DNA of 64,000 nucleotides from Escherichia coli (GTDB lineage Bacteria; Pseudomonadota; Gammaproteobacteria; Enterobacterales; Enterobacteriaceae): NCBI RefSeq assembly GCF_003018255.1, contig NZ_CP027440.1; one strand, 5' to 3'. Shown piece by piece: positions 63,202 to 64,000 of this stretch (position 1 is its first letter; each line of letters starts with the position of its first letter). The notes under the pieces were generated by a model. It saw only the letters and a program-made list of their open reading frames with translations, ran no database searches and was not told where the DNA came from. The position numbers and the translations under genes were made by a program.

Positions 63202-64000
63202 ATGACAACCCAGACTGTCTCTGGTCGCCGTTATTTCACGAAAGCGTGGCTGATGGAGCAGAAATCGCTTATCGCTCTGCTGGTGCTGATCGCGATTGTC
63301 TCGACGTTAAGCCCGAACTTTTTCACCATCAATAACTTATTCAATATTCTCCAGCAAACCTCGGTGAACGCCATTATGGCAGTCGGGATGACGCTGGTGA
63401 TCCTGACGTCGGGCATCGACTTGTCGGTAGGTTCTCTATTGGCGCTGACCGGCGCAGTTGCTGCATCTATCGTTGGCATTGAAGTCAATGCGCTGGTGGC
63501 TGTCGCTGCCGCTCTCGCGTTAGGTGCCGCAATTGGTGCGGTAACCGGGGTGATTGTAGCGAAAGGTCGCGTCCAGGCGTTTATCGCTACGCTGGTTATG
63601 ATGCTTTTACTGCGCGGCGTGACCATGGTTTATACCAACGGTAGCCCAGTGAATACCGGCTTTACTGAGAACGCCGATCTGTTTGGCTGGTTTGGGATCG
63701 GTCGTCCGCTGGGCGTACCGACGCCAGTCTGGATCATGGGGATTGTGTTCCTCGCGGCCTGGTACATGCTGCATCACACGCGTTTGGGGCGTTACATCTA
63801 CGCGCTGGGCGGCAACGAAGCGGCAACGCGTCTTTCTGGTATCAACGTCAATAAAATCAAAATCATCGTCTATTCTCTTTGTGGTCTGCTGGCATCGCTG
63901 GCCGGGATCATTGAAGTGGCGCGTCTCTCCTCCGCACAACCCACGGCGGGGACTGGCTATGAGCTGGATGCTATTGCTGCGGTGGTTCTGGGCGGTACGA
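63202..64000 (+). CDS. rbsC: Ribose ABC transporter permease, partial - 3' end lies outside the window
   Basis: ATG 63202; MTTQTVSGRRYFTKAWLMEQKSLIALLVLIAIVSTLSPNFFTINNLFNILQQTSVNAIMAVGMTLVIL...; open to the window end. Confidence 0.93.
   Translation, partial: MTTQTVSGRRYFTKAWLMEQKSLIALLVLIAIVSTLSPNFFTINNLFNILQQTSVNAIMAVGMTLVILTSGIDLSVGSLLALTGAVAASIVGIEVNALVAVAAALALGAAIGAVTGVIVAKGRVQAFIATLVMMLLLRGVTMVYTNGSPVNTGFTENADLFGWFGIGRPLGVPTPVWIMGIVFLAAWYMLHHTRLGRYIYALGGNEAATRLSGINVNKIKIIVYSLCGLLASLAGIIEVARLSSAQPTAGTGYELDAIAAVVLGGT

Overview
This window reads as an Escherichia coli chromosomal segment spanning the replication origin, collinear with the K-12 map from yidA to rbsC. Identifications rest on my own reading of the translated ORFs and known motifs; no database search was run. 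Gene order: yidA(partial)-yidB-gyrB-recF-dnaN-dnaA | rpmH-rnpA-yidD-yidC-mnmE | tnaC-tnaA-tnaB-mdtL-yidZ-yieE-chrR | adeP | yieH-cbrB | yieK-yieL-bglH-bglB-bglF-bglG | phoU-pstBACS | lpf-like fimbrial operon | glmS-glmU-atpCDGAHFEBI-rsmG-mnmG | oriC | mioC-asnC | asnA | viaA-ravA | kup-rbsD-rbsA-rbsC(partial). Almost everything is conserved core genome. Three things differ from what I recall of K-12: (1) a four-gene chaperone-usher fimbrial operon (lpfABCD-like) sits between pstS and glmS; (2) bglF carries an in-frame amber stop at the IIC/IIA domain boundary; (3) cbrC appears to be missing between cbrB and yieK. I found no IS elements, prophage genes, CRISPR arrays, tRNA or rRNA genes. I do not see evidence of a previously undescribed system here; the fimbrial locus is the only clearly accessory block and it resembles a known family.
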